Notes under the pieces: generated by a model
What the model was told of the DNA's origin: nothing
The model's database searches: none
The model's input: only the letters and a program-made list of their open reading frames with translations
Position numbers and translations under genes: made by a program
Shown here: positions 6,138-7,118 of the stretch, piece after piece
Numbering within the stretch: position 1 is the first letter of the stretch
How the letters are laid out: each line of letters opens with the position of its first letter
DNA from: a virus
UHGV virus genome: UHGV-0319381
Length of the DNA: 7,118 nucleotides
Reading direction: 5' to 3' (one strand)

Positions 6138-6151
6138 ACTTATGGAATAAC

Positions 6152-6378
6152 TGTTCACCACTGTTCACCCTGTTATAAATATCTTTTATATCAGTATATT
6201 ATATGGTGAACAGTTATTTGTGAACTGTTCACCAAACTATTCACTGTTCACCTTTTTGATTATTTATTGAGCTTTAAGGGTGAACAGTGGTGAACAGTTG
6301 GTGAATAGTTTTTGTGAAACTGTTCACCCCTTAACATTATGAATAAAAAGGGAAAATCTCAAAAGGTGAACAGGTGAA
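6152..6378. repeat. Iteron array, putative origin of replication (crr/ori-like): about 11 copies of TGTTCACC in both orientations around an AT-rich core
   Basis: Forward TGTTCACC at 6152, 6162, 6226, 6245, 6321. Reverse GGTGAACA at 6205, 6279, 6289, 6365, with degenerate copies at 6300 and 6373. Several copies sit at 10-11 bp phasing. AT-rich stretch at 6171-6204. Confidence 0.75.
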
Positions 6379-6424
6379 GGGTTAAAATGCAAAAATTTTA
6401 TTTTATTGCTGTGAGGTAAAGCCT

Positions 6425-6670
6425 GTGACAACGAAGCACGCAAAAAAACCACAATCTCACGCCCTTGATTTGACAGAACACTGGCTGAGGGTGGCGATAA
6501 AAATCATCGACCGCAACGCGGGAGAAGGGTACGCAAAAGCACATCCCGAACTGATAAGCGCATTCATGACCACGGCGGCAGCAAACTTTGCCACGCTGAC
6601 AGAACGGGAGATTGCCGAAGCGGAACAGGTGACAACCATCAACGTTAAAACCGGAGAGCAGACAGCATGA
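6425..6670 (+). CDS. Hypothetical protein (81 aa)
   Basis: GTG at 6425 with GAGG RBS 8 nt upstream; stop overlaps the start of the following SSB-like ORF (ATGA at 6667-6670). No family recognised. Confidence 0.4.
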   Translation: MTTKHAKKPQSHALDLTEHWLRVAIKIIDRNAGEGYAKAHPELISAFMTTAAANFATLTEREIAEAEQVTTINVKTGEQTA

Positions 6671-7118
6671 CAGCACAGATAGCGGCTTACGGGCGGCTGG
6701 TGGCTGACCCGCAGTTAAAGACCACCAGCAAAGGGACACAAATGGCGATGGCGAGTATGGCGGTTCCCCTGCCGTGCAGCCAGGCAGATGACGGAACGGC
6801 GACGATGTGGTTATCTGTCCTGGCGTTTGGCAGACAGGCCGACGCACTGGCAAAACACCACAAAGGCGAACTGGTGAGCGTGGCGGGTAACATGCAGGTG
6901 AGCCAGTGGACAGGCCAGAACGGGGAAACGCGGCAGGGCTGGCAGGTTATTGCAGACAGCGTAATCAGTTGCTTAAAACGGTATGTTATCCCCGTACGGA
7001 TCAACATTTCCCGCCTGTTGTTTTGCCCTGTTCAGCGCGTCAGTAGCCTGGCCCTGTTGAGCTTTTTTGCCGCCCGGTCGCGCCGTTCGCGCACTGATTA
7101 CGCTGTCTGCAATAACCT
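6667..7118 (+). CDS. SSB-like OB-fold single-stranded DNA-binding protein, 3'-partial (runs off the window)
   Basis: ATG at 6667 with GGAG RBS. IAAYGRLVADPQLKTTSKGTQMAMASMAV...WLSVLAFGRQADALAKHHKGELVSVAGNMQVSQWTGQNGETRQGWQVIADSV aligns by eye with the bacterial SSB OB-fold pattern (VGRLG.DPE.R.T..G...A.F..A...W....A.G..AE.A..YL.KGS.V...G.L....W.D..G..R....V.A). No stop before the window end; the region after the OB fold is atypical (hydrophobic/basic rather than Gly-rich acidic tail). Confidence 0.55.
   Translation, partial: MTAQIAAYGRLVADPQLKTTSKGTQMAMASMAVPLPCSQADDGTATMWLSVLAFGRQADALAKHHKGELVSVAGNMQVSQWTGQNGETRQGWQVIADSVISCLKRYVIPVRINISRLLFCPVQRVSSLALLSFFAARSRRSRTDYAVCNN

Noticed and set aside
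6152-6378. Possible CRISPR array, because of many short repeats
   Set aside because: The repeat unit is only 8-9 bp, occurs in both orientations with irregular 2-40 bp gaps, and sits next to a replication protein. That is iteron architecture, not CRISPR repeat-spacer structure.
6398-7007. Minus-strand ORFs of 151 and 106 aa opposite the 81-aa and SSB-like genes
   Set aside because: The plus-strand frames show RBS-coupled starts and an SSB fold pattern; the minus-strand translations are Cys/Pro/Trp-rich and look like shadow ORFs in GC-rich DNA.

Overview
This window reads as the integration, regulation and replication half of a P4-family satellite or PICI-like integrative element from an enterobacterium; no tRNA or att core is visible. 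All calls come from reading the sequence and from family knowledge recalled from memory; no database search was run. Left to right: a P4-type tyrosine integrase (264-1493), an AlpA-family regulator (1868-2056), a minus-strand cassette with an Arc/Mnt-like ribbon-helix-helix protein (2557-2862) and a 57-aa basic ORF, and a divergent intergenic region with two copies of a 31-bp palindromic operator. A rightward operon of small translationally coupled genes follows, including two tandem paralogous proteins, and leads into a P4 alpha-like helicase/replication initiator (4320-6137). Immediately downstream is an array of about 11 TGTTCACC iterons around an AT-rich core, a likely crr/ori-type origin. 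The window ends with a small ORF coupled to a partial SSB-like OB-fold protein. The most unusual structural observation is that bases 1-125 are the exact reverse complement of 247-371, implying a second, head-to-head copy of the integrase 5' end. No CRISPR array, rRNA or tRNA was seen.
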